Positions 32,101 to 35,198 of a stretch of 53,818 nt of DNA are shown piece after piece. Under the pieces are notes generated by a model. It was not told the origin of the DNA and ran no database searches. It saw only the letters and a list, made by a program, of their open reading frames with translations. A program made the position numbers and the translations under genes. Origin of the DNA: Clostridiales bacterium (GTDB lineage Bacteria; Bacillota; Clostridia; Christensenellales; UBA1242); the NCBI GenBank assembly GCA_918241715.1, contig CAKJYB010000022.1, positions 1 to 53,818 of the forward strand, given 5' to 3'. Each line of letters opens with the position of its first letter. The stretch's first letter is position 1.

Positions 32101-32203
32101 CAACACTATAATCTGTTTTCGACTTTTCAACACCCAAAAGACCAAGCAAACTGCAAAGTCCAAAGGTAAGGGCAAACAACGCCAACAATCCTTTTCTTTT
32201 CAT
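14171..32203 (-). CDS. Giant (~6,010 aa) mosaic cell-surface protein: signal peptide, GLUG-type beta-helix modules, Flg_new-like and MBG-like repeat arrays, C-terminal TM tail anchor
   Basis: An uninterrupted 18-kb frame in AT-rich DNA. Start set at Met10 of the track ORF (MKRKGLLALFALTFGLCSLLG...) because AAGGAG lies 6 nt upstream. Motifs are detailed in the sub-features below. No LPXTG, SLH or HExxH was seen by eye. Confidence 0.9.
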   Translation of the reverse strand: MKRKGLLALFALTFGLCSLLGLLGVEKSKTDYSVVSAAGEETTSLSGDKLWDGSSVGDVSDTDFYKSGNDYYIYTAKGFVKFAQSVNAVNGQESYSGKTIHLETDVDLGGHAWTPIANVDNRYFQGTFNGNGHYIYNLNVSGNFNNAGLFGSISGAGGTILNLNLRNINITGKANNVGGLVGRVASTATGAGCEAVRYCSVSGKMNLSASGNYQNVGGVIGTVSSPNPDSNGKRNVNTKISNLKSSVYIDGNGTAELSCVGGIVGEFIGVSIDNASFDGEITNHTKGYIGGIVGWLAQNPTGVKLTNVYNTAKISSVQGSISSVGGIIGRSETQTKTGVNKKNELNNSYNAGEVNGDNYRCGLVGFIGGMDNFAIKNSFNTGVVKGATRSIGQTIGDVVSGGFLYYSVENDVLLNRVYDQTLYTSSNYGVKEIVDWAKTKGFYANKKLWGNNPNTIWDFENTWDISASVNSSMPYLKFLDETADSDVNAQSTATNLLGSGKKYDPYRIYSVGDLTLVRKMSSTLGKYFSLQNDIDLSERAWQPIVGFAGVFDGNGYTIYGLVSSHQSDFGVENFGVFGSTSSAVIKNLNVKNVKYLSDGSSVRKGAIIGNVVASTYLVNCTTDYETPVGHVENNSLHVYFGKANIEGKVEDVCFNVYTPEGYVVETNVNGGRIYYYDNTSQTSKYIYGQYQTLLKKDGSQYKVQNATSFENLVLPTRSPQEINPKISVANYIVNEGYYLKSYKTAENTEVSVDTIAFELPLRKEEITLNELVFTAQYEERNVDVRIVKNEYEVYAGFATTEVYEERTFGYDDILTEVWPEITSQARENYTASYYTSFSNGNFSKALRIDDRMNLADGQTHKNIYVKWTGTTEENYTFTINLNKSSDVESRDYAAKNKFNFSEVLNMDSIYLQKYESTTDNSGNKFTAQLSGNKIVIRFNTKYSDRMENFLRLNFALKEGYHIQGVYFNEDDYGDFGEAKVKELVGSNFSEDEISLPVSRIDKLNKLAFLNLSDDYSCNITIERDEYEKDLTLSGDFNFAIGPKYDVVGKKVSIYGEEYGITFSGEDERYVGFNFDTLRLISNDNAFENLSITNFSENADNIVSFGERNYLFSDDGDGLRAVYLLNSSPQIGANGRVLSTSIQDTIVKIVKTIEDGNAKYSFQYFYNQDFVFIAMAKDIRDTISIQGGLRKRIDKDHDEDVPANRYSATIIPVTSAGQTNNSKGYAVFTGAVEYSNKDYSISSKATIVDLSFEFVLEEKDGEGNITGYKKILENAPTIVAEHTMYDVEQAGTFKFVVNPSEYYRFKQDADRPNSVYLNNQVFFINPAKEIPEGGDESSQYEINGLDDPGTFDTQNNINEISFNYDTSFPAARYIVRIVCEEVKYDINFNTTIDGILNTQTMKYTDMEIISQKEVDGVMVWDEENAKTFDYYTRPTGVSTGTAYTDNRASNKFAFNSKIRVKVVAPNHAYFLRWFEVVNGNRTNAIQIVEYDDTSTTLEFVYSDMFIACECADFVMNVRSVFTRKVINFELYQNQIWDKSNGQIATYQELGIESGVSGLSPNQYTYTIGLENTAYKGVSITALTGENAAGYEYAGYRIYCVNDEGEVVPVRYDANHDYWESEDVLASYNFNFLVDRMTQRAYEYQGRVSQSYYLVPVVVRKEITLVFHSGTGLLNEYGDGRNGHVYNTENQETTNNTGAFASLTKYTSRFGEEVDITDISSFGSSDAGFNLREHFSRRTGYRELAQTEFMAYTGNNGQEVVLFDNNILLGNDIFESVHDEGDDKNVVHIYFRWSANNYNINFNANDGTFAPGSSNVVNVFFDQTLPNIPQVDRVGYDLLGWKLYVDEESPLGPYVIEKDGSEFVFCEGDYFDADGKYIYDGEITLVAVWEARHYKVRVYQNSANVYYKNGVRKTEGEGYEDYDIVYDSTFANIYADYATNRIPTRKDFRFLGIYANSTEIAGRNQIAEDTIFDQYIETCDLTQTDEPNLNLYVAWEFDGDYSISFESQIEELKYTAESQLVYVGSFLTTEGSSFVYNGYQNVAFNSASGLLEITISDELHATLTMYLNDEEETEFSVRDAGVYTKTFKIVVEDNAEYYNCGTIIEEIHTFSVGVLKASIDTEASIDENLVKLASVKNIMKGLVSDAEYQTIQAFTNIENFADYIRDHDNTANSASDENIYKFVMLKFYNQLVDADYLTYKNWKYSDYQTYYDAHQEDAERTISNLRFVSSYIYTDNGKRRDISDYTSAFKFKSVDGDVSDSKIRSELSISSVKINGNASGIEANSTAELYIYFSASEETLNNYSLLEDENGNTYFEIASIYILPQILQVANSESSGYSYYDETLSCADIEWFVGRNEAEAVEGQTYYQITDDLFMKAKLYTSNGGSGRVDTDYTAFGVENVLYYSNVDIYRKVGNEYQFVSDRFKVLADKNDIYKILSTKDFYRVNISAQYLTTSQGQRTSTEISTDVAQNLLRIIGVAYYTGSDPSAQTDPTKWKQERSDDFLEEKEYRVSAGGMVLFKIVHNNDNNVSIFAHKVVKRISVVLTTKYITENIRFHKWSDTILRDVDGPFEENGGFDILTNGIEMNEDKETEVNYYATFTDLVEVVYNLNFPEDYPTRSVERSVLKLGVSTIDDLFIPNEGGFEFVTFNLKDTTGVAIDYTTLFTGPSDTFKGLTEKHARLELDVVWKIGDILTEQKVETINLQVGTLYQYSMEEIVSITNKSNDLFTYTYVWKKGTQIVSEGENLSLENGGITTDSGEYSLTISAKVKERFKNVVPNPTDAEDAVVEFTINLMPHKITQIELVGEDTAIYDSYNHSQDWTIDVRYLRYNNETGEYYQLPDMEEVFFTTDDVLSAETTKGGNVVDEMVNVGQYSIHLSYNTDYYVVESGTELDFDFVFEITPFVLDIDGEISPKGKYFNGDNEDIKQTFSTGFEELEIEFSRQAGEDIGEYRLYLKDVASQSKGNYTIVCGEDVIFENSTPDTTIVVGTFTISCAGEIKLSYETDASTRENLEVVYNPDGYTIALTDSFKLQIFNGETKIKDIQLKLYDVANQKEITNSTILNILKTKVSDITPYFNNSVDIAHAIDCGVYAYTFNLGQQISNYYTTIRFETGYQFTIKKQELDVETFNLDKVYDGKTIAYIDLNGDVIPSIENYEDVYILATYESPYANPSVNVLLNVVGTGEENIANYELSAPSTTATISKLSATGTIATTKASYVYGEVRENNFESLLQSIVLYANGQNVTNLLNEERYTISYALPSLAQANTAGCLYVGTYTIDVSATFEDFDVSITEPQIQVAPLNVVKNLNKGAFKVVAPATRTDNYVDVPMTISETGDSITLSYYTYGITNPSQLIADHFYNLQPETTSFANGSVLVSVPTNEGLEILANNNIVEARIVNTGILTQTYNGSEYEFSVNLSTQTFEISNGANTYTSALTFWEESTQITISDFSEIEVYSPARDGQGQEIRQTEFTTAGTNKLAIYTRSNSYPIIIFKQDYNFEIEKKAINVSNLSVSKIYDGNMNYTITTFAEKVGEDDVSIVARFENANVGTNKNISLSLVGEDAGNYQLSSASMTGDITKQTAVVTIDNLQYTYGDLSNTSTLQFSVYCGDNKVGTSEYNIEFTIVGATYSTQWNYLFAGQYSLQMTGSSDNYNLTFDNSVKLVVSKYALDVVFETSGVVSVEYGETNPNTFNYTYRTPIFEDVVLQVTRQNGLNVGFYRALSSTTTDPNFVISSTTDNSDGMYRITKSSVVVFLLLSNEEEITSSTAESVAFAYDGNIYNQLQVRKVSDEYKLVITDGANEKMFALNTYIYDGSKYVKTAKTLQNLTSVLSFAEEEVKNVGIYRYLCESAQAENYNVSLMKTGQVYNNIVINPKELRFKEETITRTFDNKDAIYIYEDADELVDGVVDGEEVGLKIEFFKNAERARYVGQNYVVQAELVGENEVVSNYQILTLTADETQVNGTIEKAEMKIYINSVRIVYGEDYTLSFDYTYDEEIDLTGYDMTRIDIRLHVVGEQTSTANKAKVGEYRIEVSTDIKDFSPTFNVDGVEKLVYSNEAKVVVSKKDISYTATSGTLGEAFTKKYDGNTNCSIQEGGVDKFALDGVLTGDAVYLESAEYASYDIGNTIEVELTLGGADADNYRITNWSYGVIEPIVVSLRFDYNANGSTAVHSNTEIAGIKTITKLAFPFVSISYITSNSYENDTMFIENFPTSLSGYTGYTFKAWMLRFTNVEENSQKYEFLSALAEELLLKTAYENEIFDFYVGNNAASVSLLNKLMRDDTDNIAGMYYLENENPIITFTADWSEVEYSINVRIADENGRTAAYGTAESGGEVIDRAGTIVSGYNREVSILATPLEHCTYVGFYDADEGYKYDTAGAMFVNVTRDGATATLTISKMTKSYNIVVRFKAQSVRVEIPTTDPENTSTNIDGFVEDEGKIIWTTNYFELGETSLEDVGLERVGYVLNSITIAGTTYLPEQFEDVVLQDLVVGENDQVLTLTPNFESVGVVVTLNYGYNDLTENIAVAFESAYNTSAGWVETPEREGYNFLGWYNYNGQRVIGSDVMATTNTHTLTARWEIASFTLTLEIENGTMEFEEQEITSYETELQFNETLTFIVKANNGYHIPSASELPEEISSYTRGEQIYFVVIMPGRDYSYTIRARADENIVVYSGENVGVVQAYDITEGEEEIIISANRFAVETGRTIRMVVHGATGYLISGYSVSVDTLDIDEDLTGGVLTLEISGILGNVAFTFETQEDKHYVAVGFENPENIESFVYQERNYYNFEDISIEVPTGEDLTFVVKYKHGYRVGTYQTQSGYDVDIQETTILEEKYYEITISNILIDGEITFEEEIESYTITLEVISINDSKQQVFEEQNRVKIADNNTMTITKEFGEEIELAFVSSNVIYNFAGWSKNGTIVFSNDRNTTYTIEDDETIYAIFSAIKINVTLKTLNYYTLYSEYMDPEMLETHYDEIENVGEEYFEDEEKTKSITKTSIYYGSSKNIYYDTPVGYRFYGHGYKNGEDFVYLSKDDGNSRGYINISTLGLDEEQTEITIYMVVRALSSRVFVKTEIDVEGEREENRNVGSIKLVDGEGADVNEYGYVEGTRVHYSLDDYTDGELVNNKEFTIIACTGEEIFIRAKLERAGFVFYGIAFENENMNVSRIADADDGDAIYKIVGVVGGENCEISVLFRPTLNKISIDFAVEEDSVDGGAFNYETAEPRKVFSSGIGYSTIEMSAYTDSSFKIYAYIDMGYLIDPDNIQFVDESGLVVASSVAFEEMDIYTTGYMGVITFVVADYFEEATIRVVITPRRYVVHLVEDGSVLATIRNVEYSKLINVNKTNEGNISVYDDRLVYAGGKLNLKLNKQGYTYEGFFSYENGAGVRYINSDGLPSLLWQDTGYYYDIGSSTYKLTTNARINEQTGDMEISIFLYWSYLKTRIIFTLVPSVPTLITAQDMVEGVDYTNSWFYKDSPYYIEVAFNTSINITAPEMDGYKFYKFVISQKNKNGEVLKPVSTSQTSVPWVTNELDAIVEVNIQVVYYVKIDVVVYGGEGYYDIVQETKDTQAEALLRAGYVDSTIPFMLRAVPKEGYTFVRWNNITSGRSSIAPEWDRLYVTAKTTFVMNLQGDYVTIKFTSQDSLGNEVPYDYTHGQIMSAIATSINNTSRSFRIGSKIRNVFTILLNEIEVKVGDVVTFAVEIDGGFAALWNRDDVRHTRYADGKYYFELTISPEMSENHYIRLLPNFQNEIMAIYVNRDFVEEQKGLNAVDADNVNLAGFVLYNSRRTNMFRMDRGQDMTIGFEVNPRYSIDTIVIGIGEREIDLMPFYDKGKISLTTEYIEENQVVGTLRLQVMFRRLLWEEKVVEVNLEGEGTKRNPYEISSVEELVFVMQKVNSGAKNLYGEYYSEASYVLKKDLKIGAEFWTPIGTIEHAFNGRFNFNKHQVTAIYNPYLYVDTSYDGLFGVIGERAVIEGGKAEVWYWYLIGAAVLALTGTAITIIYIAKRNKKRMEKMSVK
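14213..14287 (-). other. C-terminal transmembrane helix of the giant protein, followed by a 13-aa basic tail (14174-14212)
   Basis: VWYWYLIGAAVLALTGTAITIIYIA followed by KRNKKRMEKMSVK-stop. This is the only hydrophobic segment apart from the N-terminal signal. Confidence 0.8.
14288..14615 (-). other. Membrane-proximal GLUG-like cap module
   Basis: EGEGTKRNPYEISSVEELVFVMQKV...DLKIGAEFWTPIGTIEHAFNGRFNFNKHQVTAIYN...YDGLFGVIGERAVIEGG has the same G-x-G-x3-PY-x-I / W-x-PIG / F-x-G-x-F-x-GNGH-like / GLFG pattern as the N-terminal modules. Confidence 0.6.
14620..19740 (-). repeat. Array of Listeria-Bacteroides (Flg_new / InlB B-repeat)-like modules, mostly degenerate
   Basis: A GY-x-[FILV]-x-G-[WFY] signature recurs about every 80-110 aa. 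Examples: REGYNFLGWYNY...TLTARWE, YNFAGWSKNG...IYAIFSA, NNGYHIPS, ATGYLISGYS, KHGYRVGTYQ, PVGYRFYGHGY, RAGFVFYGIAF, KQGYTYEGFFSY...FLYWS, MDGYKFYKFV, KEGYTFVRWNN. Boundaries are approximate. Confidence 0.5.
18485..18705 (-). other. Clean Flg_new (Listeria-Bacteroides repeat) module
   Basis: VVVTLNYGYNDLTENIAVAFESAYNTSAGWVETPEREGYNFLGWYNYNGQRVIGSDVMATTNTHTLTARWE. Confidence 0.7.
19750..23520 (-). repeat. Array of MBG-type (YDG ... NY-x-L/I) beta modules
   Basis: Examples: LDKVYDGKTIAYIDLNG...GEENIANYELSAPSTTATISK (about 22597-22862); VSKIYDGNMNYTIT...NANVGTNKNISLSLVGEDAGNYQLSSASMTGDITK (about 21470-21715); FTKKYDGNTNCSI...GGADADNYRITNWSYGVIEP (about 19750-20035). Degenerate copies include KYFNGDNE...GNYTIV and RTFDNKDA...VSNYQIL. 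Confidence 0.6.
26545..26830 (-). other. Clean Flg_new (Listeria-Bacteroides repeat) module
   Basis: NYNINFNANDGTFAPGSSNVVNVFFDQTLPNIPQVDRVGYDLLGWKLYVDE...GEITLVAVWEA. Confidence 0.7.
30290..31950 (-). other. N-terminal region with two GLUG-motif beta-helix modules
   Basis: Module 1: KTIHLETDVDLGGHAWTPIANVDNRYFQGTFNGNGHYIYNLNV..NAGLFGSISGAGG...NVGGLVGRVAS...NVGGVIGTV...CVGGIVGEF...YIGGIVGWL...SVGGIIGRS...RCGLVGFIGG. Module 2: GSGKKYDPYRIYSVGDLTLV...RAWQPIVGFAGVFDGNGYTIYGL...NFGVFGSTSSAVIKNLNVKNV...KGAIIGNV. Confidence 0.7.
32132..32203 (-). other. N-terminal Sec-type signal peptide / anchor of the giant protein
   Basis: MKRKGLLALFALTFGLCSLLGLLG has a basic n-region plus a hydrophobic core. 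FGLC is not a canonical lipobox. Confidence 0.65.
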
Positions 32204-32234
32204 GGAAGACTCCTTGACACAATATGTCATTATT

Positions 32235-32264
32235 ATTTTACAATAAAAAAAAGAATTTAAGCAA
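32235..32264 (-). promoter_or_regulatory. Candidate promoter of the 18-kb gene (-35 TTGCTT, 18 nt, -10 TAAAAT)
   Basis: Reverse complement of 32235-32264 is TTGCTT-N18-TAAAAT. This would give a leader of about 25 nt containing AAGGAG. Several alternatives exist in this very AT-rich region. Confidence 0.35.
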
Positions 32265-32278
32265 ACAAAAATAAAAAA

Positions 32279-32303
32279 ATATATATATTTTTAATATATA
32301 TAT
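32279..32303. repeat. Perfect TA-only inverted repeat (AT)5-TTTTA-(AT)5 upstream of the giant gene
   Basis: atatatatat (32279-32288), tttta, atatatatat (32294-32303). It lies 15 nt upstream of the candidate -35. Confidence 0.9.
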
Positions 32304-32402
32304 CGAAAATGGTTTTTGCACGTAAAAATCGAACAAAAACAATTTTTGTTTTTATTTTTTATAATATTTTTAAAAATTTGATTTCGGATTTAATTTTTTA
32401 AT

Positions 32403-32441
32403 AAAAAAGCAGATTTTTTATTTTAAAATCTGCGTTTTTTT
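32403..32441. terminator. Rho-independent terminator after trpS (structurally bidirectional)
   Basis: GCAGATTTT (32409-32417) / AAAATCTGC (32425-32433) form a 9-bp stem with a 7-nt loop, flanked by an A6 run and a T7 run. It sits 16 nt beyond the trpS stop on the minus strand. Confidence 0.75.
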
Positions 32442-32456
32442 CTTCTTTTATTGGAC

Positions 32457-33512
32457 TTATTTCAAAAACTTTGTGTAGTCAATTCCCATAGCATTTTTCA
32501 TTCTTTCAAGTGTTTTTGCTGCGTGCTGTCTTGCCTTTTTACCATTCTCAAAGAGCATATTGTAGATTTTGTCTACATTCTTTTCCAATTCTTTTCTTCT
32601 TTCTCTTATTGGTGCTAAAAGCTCTTGAAGAACATTGTTTAAAAACATTTTTATCTTTACGTCGCCAAGGCCACCTTTTTTGTAGTGAGCTTTAAGTTCG
32701 TCAAGATTTTTGTATTCCGGCAAGTATTTTTTGAAACTCTCTTCTGTTGCAAATGCTTCCAAGTACTCAAAAACAACATTTCCTTTCACCTGACCAGGAT
32801 CTGACACCTTTATATGATTTGGATCGGTGTATGCACTCATAACCTTTTGCTTTATCACTTCAGGTTCATCTTTGAGATAAATGCAGTTTCCTGCAGACTT
32901 GCTCATTTTCAGTTTTCCGTCAAGCCCAACCAATCTTGCTTGATTTTTTGTTTCTGGAAGCACTGATTTTGGTTCCACCAAAACCTTCTCTCCATACGTA
33001 GAATTGAAACTTCTGGCAATTTCTCTTGCCTGCTCCAACATCGGCTCCTGATCTTCTCCAACAGGAATGATGTTTGCGTCAAAAGCCAAAATGTCTGCAG
33101 CCTGACTTATTGGATAACACATAAATCCAACGGGCATCGAATTTGAAAACCCACGTTGTTTTATTTCTTCTTTTATTGTTGGATTTCTGTTTAATCTTGC
33201 AACAGAAACCAAATTCATAAAGTACATTGTTATTTCGGAAAGTTCCGGAACTTGCGATTGAATAAAAATGTTTACTTTTTCTGGGTCTATCCCAGCTGAA
33301 AGATAGTCAATTGCAACTTGAATGATATTATTTTTTACTTTGTCAACTTTGTCGGCATTGTCCGTAAGCGCTTGCGTGTCAGCAATCATGATGTAAAATT
33401 TGTCATAACCACCTTTTTCTTGCAACTTTAGACGATTGGAAATTGAACCAACGTAATGTCCAATATGGAGATTTCCTGTAGGTCTGTCTCCTGTCAATAT
33501 CACATTTTTCAT
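32457..33512 (-). CDS. trpS: Tryptophan--tRNA ligase
   Basis: MKNVILTGDRPTGNLHIGHYVG (HIGH motif) and KMSKSAGN (KMSKS motif). Start moved to Met12 of the track ORF because AAGGAG lies 8 nt upstream. Confidence 0.95.
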   Translation of the reverse strand: MKNVILTGDRPTGNLHIGHYVGSISNRLKLQEKGGYDKFYIMIADTQALTDNADKVDKVKNNIIQVAIDYLSAGIDPEKVNIFIQSQVPELSEITMYFMNLVSVARLNRNPTIKEEIKQRGFSNSMPVGFMCYPISQAADILAFDANIIPVGEDQEPMLEQAREIARSFNSTYGEKVLVEPKSVLPETKNQARLVGLDGKLKMSKSAGNCIYLKDEPEVIKQKVMSAYTDPNHIKVSDPGQVKGNVVFEYLEAFATEESFKKYLPEYKNLDELKAHYKKGGLGDVKIKMFLNNVLQELLAPIRERRKELEKNVDKIYNMLFENGKKARQHAAKTLERMKNAMGIDYTKFLK

Positions 33513-33558
33513 AGTTTTTCTCCTTAAAATCATCAAAAATTGCAATCGGAATCAATTT

Positions 33559-35190
33559 TTATGCAAATTGAGACATTCTTTCCAAAACTTCTTTCTCTCC
33601 AAGAAGAGTCATTATTTCATACAAATCTGGAGAATTTTTTCTTCCAGTAATTGCAATTCTGACATATTCGCAAACCTTTGCAACGTTTCCCTTATACTTT
33701 TCAGGATTTTGCTTATAATCTGCGTTGTTTGTGGCATAGCCAAGTTTGTCTGCCATTTCTTTTATTTTTTCAAACCAAACATCTTTGTTTGAAAGATTGA
33801 GATATTTTTTGTATTCTCTAAGCACTTCTTTAAATTTTTCTTCTTCAGTTTGGTCTATTTCAAAACTCTTTGGTTTTCCAAACATATAATCGAAAACATC
33901 AAAAAACATGCTCCACTTGTAAATATCTTTTCTTGGCTTTGGTTTTTCTCTGTCAATATTTAAAACTTTTGTAACGTATTCTTTGTCTTTTACAAGATAA
34001 TCAACGTTTTCCAAAGAGTTTTCTCTTGCCCAAGCCAAAAGCTCCTGATAGCACTTTTCTGCTGGGTATCTTGAGATAATCTCTTTTGACACATCATTTA
34101 ACTTTATTGTGTCAAAAATAGGCGTATTTGCCGTGATTTTAAATCCATTAAATGGAAATTCCATAATATCTGCTGTTGGGTTGGCTTTACGCCAATTTTC
34201 AAAGTTTGAATTGATAAGGTTCATCAAATATTCAACAACAGCCTGTTTATCATAACCTTCAACGTCAAAGTGTCTCATGTCGGCTTCTGGGTGCTTACGC
34301 TTTGAAATTTTGTTTTTGTTTCCTTTTTCGTTGAGTTTGTAAATAAGTGGTGAATGGATATATTTTGGTTGCTTAAATCCCAATGCTTCAAAAATCTCTT
34401 TGTGAAGTGGGTATGATGGAAGCCACTCTTCTCCACGAACAACAACATTCGTCCCCATAAGTGTATCATCTACGGCATGGGCAAAGTGGTATGTTGGCAT
34501 CAAGTCATTTTTCAAAAGAATTGCGTCAACGCTGTTTGCAACCATTTCAACTTCACCTTTTGCGCAGTCGTTAAACTTAATCTTGTCAACACCATTCCCT
34601 GCAGACTTCAAACGAATCGCAAACTTTTTGCCTTCTTTCAAATTCTTTTCAATTTGTTCGATTGTTAAATGACGGCAAACGTTTTTATCTTCGTTTATTC
34701 CCGTTTCAAACTTCTTTTCTCTGCTTTCTTTTACGTCGCTAAGACCTTCTGTCTTTCTGCAAAAACATGGAAAAGCCTTGCCTTCTGCAACAAGTTTTTT
34801 TGCATACGCTTTGTAAATTTCTTTTCTTTCGCTTTGATAATATGGTCCATAATTGCCAATTGTTACTCCACCCTTAAGTTCGTATTCATCTGGCAAAAAA
34901 CCATAGGAAGTCAAAGTCCCAAGAATGATTGCACTTGCTCCTGCAACTTCTCTCTTTTGGTCGGTGTCTTCAATTCTTAAATAAAAAACTCCACCACTTC
35001 TTTTTGCGATATTATAATCAATAAGTGCCTGAAAAAATCCACCAAGATGCATAAATCCTGTTGGGCTTGGTGCAAAACGTGTTACATATGCACCTTCTGG
35101 CAAATTTCTTTTTGGGTATTTCTTCTCAATTTCTTCAACAGAAAGTTTGTTGTCTGGAAACAACAATTCTGCCAATTTTTTGTAATCCAT
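33559..35190 (-). CDS. gltX: Glutamate--tRNA ligase (long, 543-aa form)
   Basis: RFAPSPTGFMHLGGFFQALIDY (HIGH-type motif), YLRIEDTDQKRE and KISKRKH (KMSKS-type motif). AGGAG SD. Confidence 0.9.
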   Translation of the reverse strand: MDYKKLAELLFPDNKLSVEEIEKKYPKRNLPEGAYVTRFAPSPTGFMHLGGFFQALIDYNIAKRSGGVFYLRIEDTDQKREVAGASAIILGTLTSYGFLPDEYELKGGVTIGNYGPYYQSERKEIYKAYAKKLVAEGKAFPCFCRKTEGLSDVKESREKKFETGINEDKNVCRHLTIEQIEKNLKEGKKFAIRLKSAGNGVDKIKFNDCAKGEVEMVANSVDAILLKNDLMPTYHFAHAVDDTLMGTNVVVRGEEWLPSYPLHKEIFEALGFKQPKYIHSPLIYKLNEKGNKNKISKRKHPEADMRHFDVEGYDKQAVVEYLMNLINSNFENWRKANPTADIMEFPFNGFKITANTPIFDTIKLNDVSKEIISRYPAEKCYQELLAWARENSLENVDYLVKDKEYVTKVLNIDREKPKPRKDIYKWSMFFDVFDYMFGKPKSFEIDQTEEEKFKEVLREYKKYLNLSNKDVWFEKIKEMADKLGYATNNADYKQNPEKYKGNVAKVCEYVRIAITGRKNSPDLYEIMTLLGEKEVLERMSQFA

Positions 35191-35198
35191 TTTTTCTC

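Noticed and set aside
14171-32203. IgA1-protease-like or other enzymatic function for the GLUG-containing giant proteins.
   Set aside because: Scanning both giant translations by eye, I found no HExxH zinc-protease motif or other catalytic signature. Only structural repeat modules are evident.
32204-32230. Upstream ATG (MTYCVKESS...) as the start of the 18-kb gene. It sits only 4 nt after the candidate -10, so it could also be a leaderless start.
   Set aside because: Met10 (32203) has a perfect AAGGAG at 6-nt spacing and starts a textbook signal peptide. The upstream ATG cannot be excluded without TSS or N-terminal proteomics data, so I kept it only as an alternative.
33513-33545. Eleven-codon N-terminal extension of trpS (MQFLMILRRKT).
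   Set aside because: The AAGGAG SD lies inside this extension, immediately upstream of MKNVILTGDRPTG, which matches the conserved TrpRS N-terminus.
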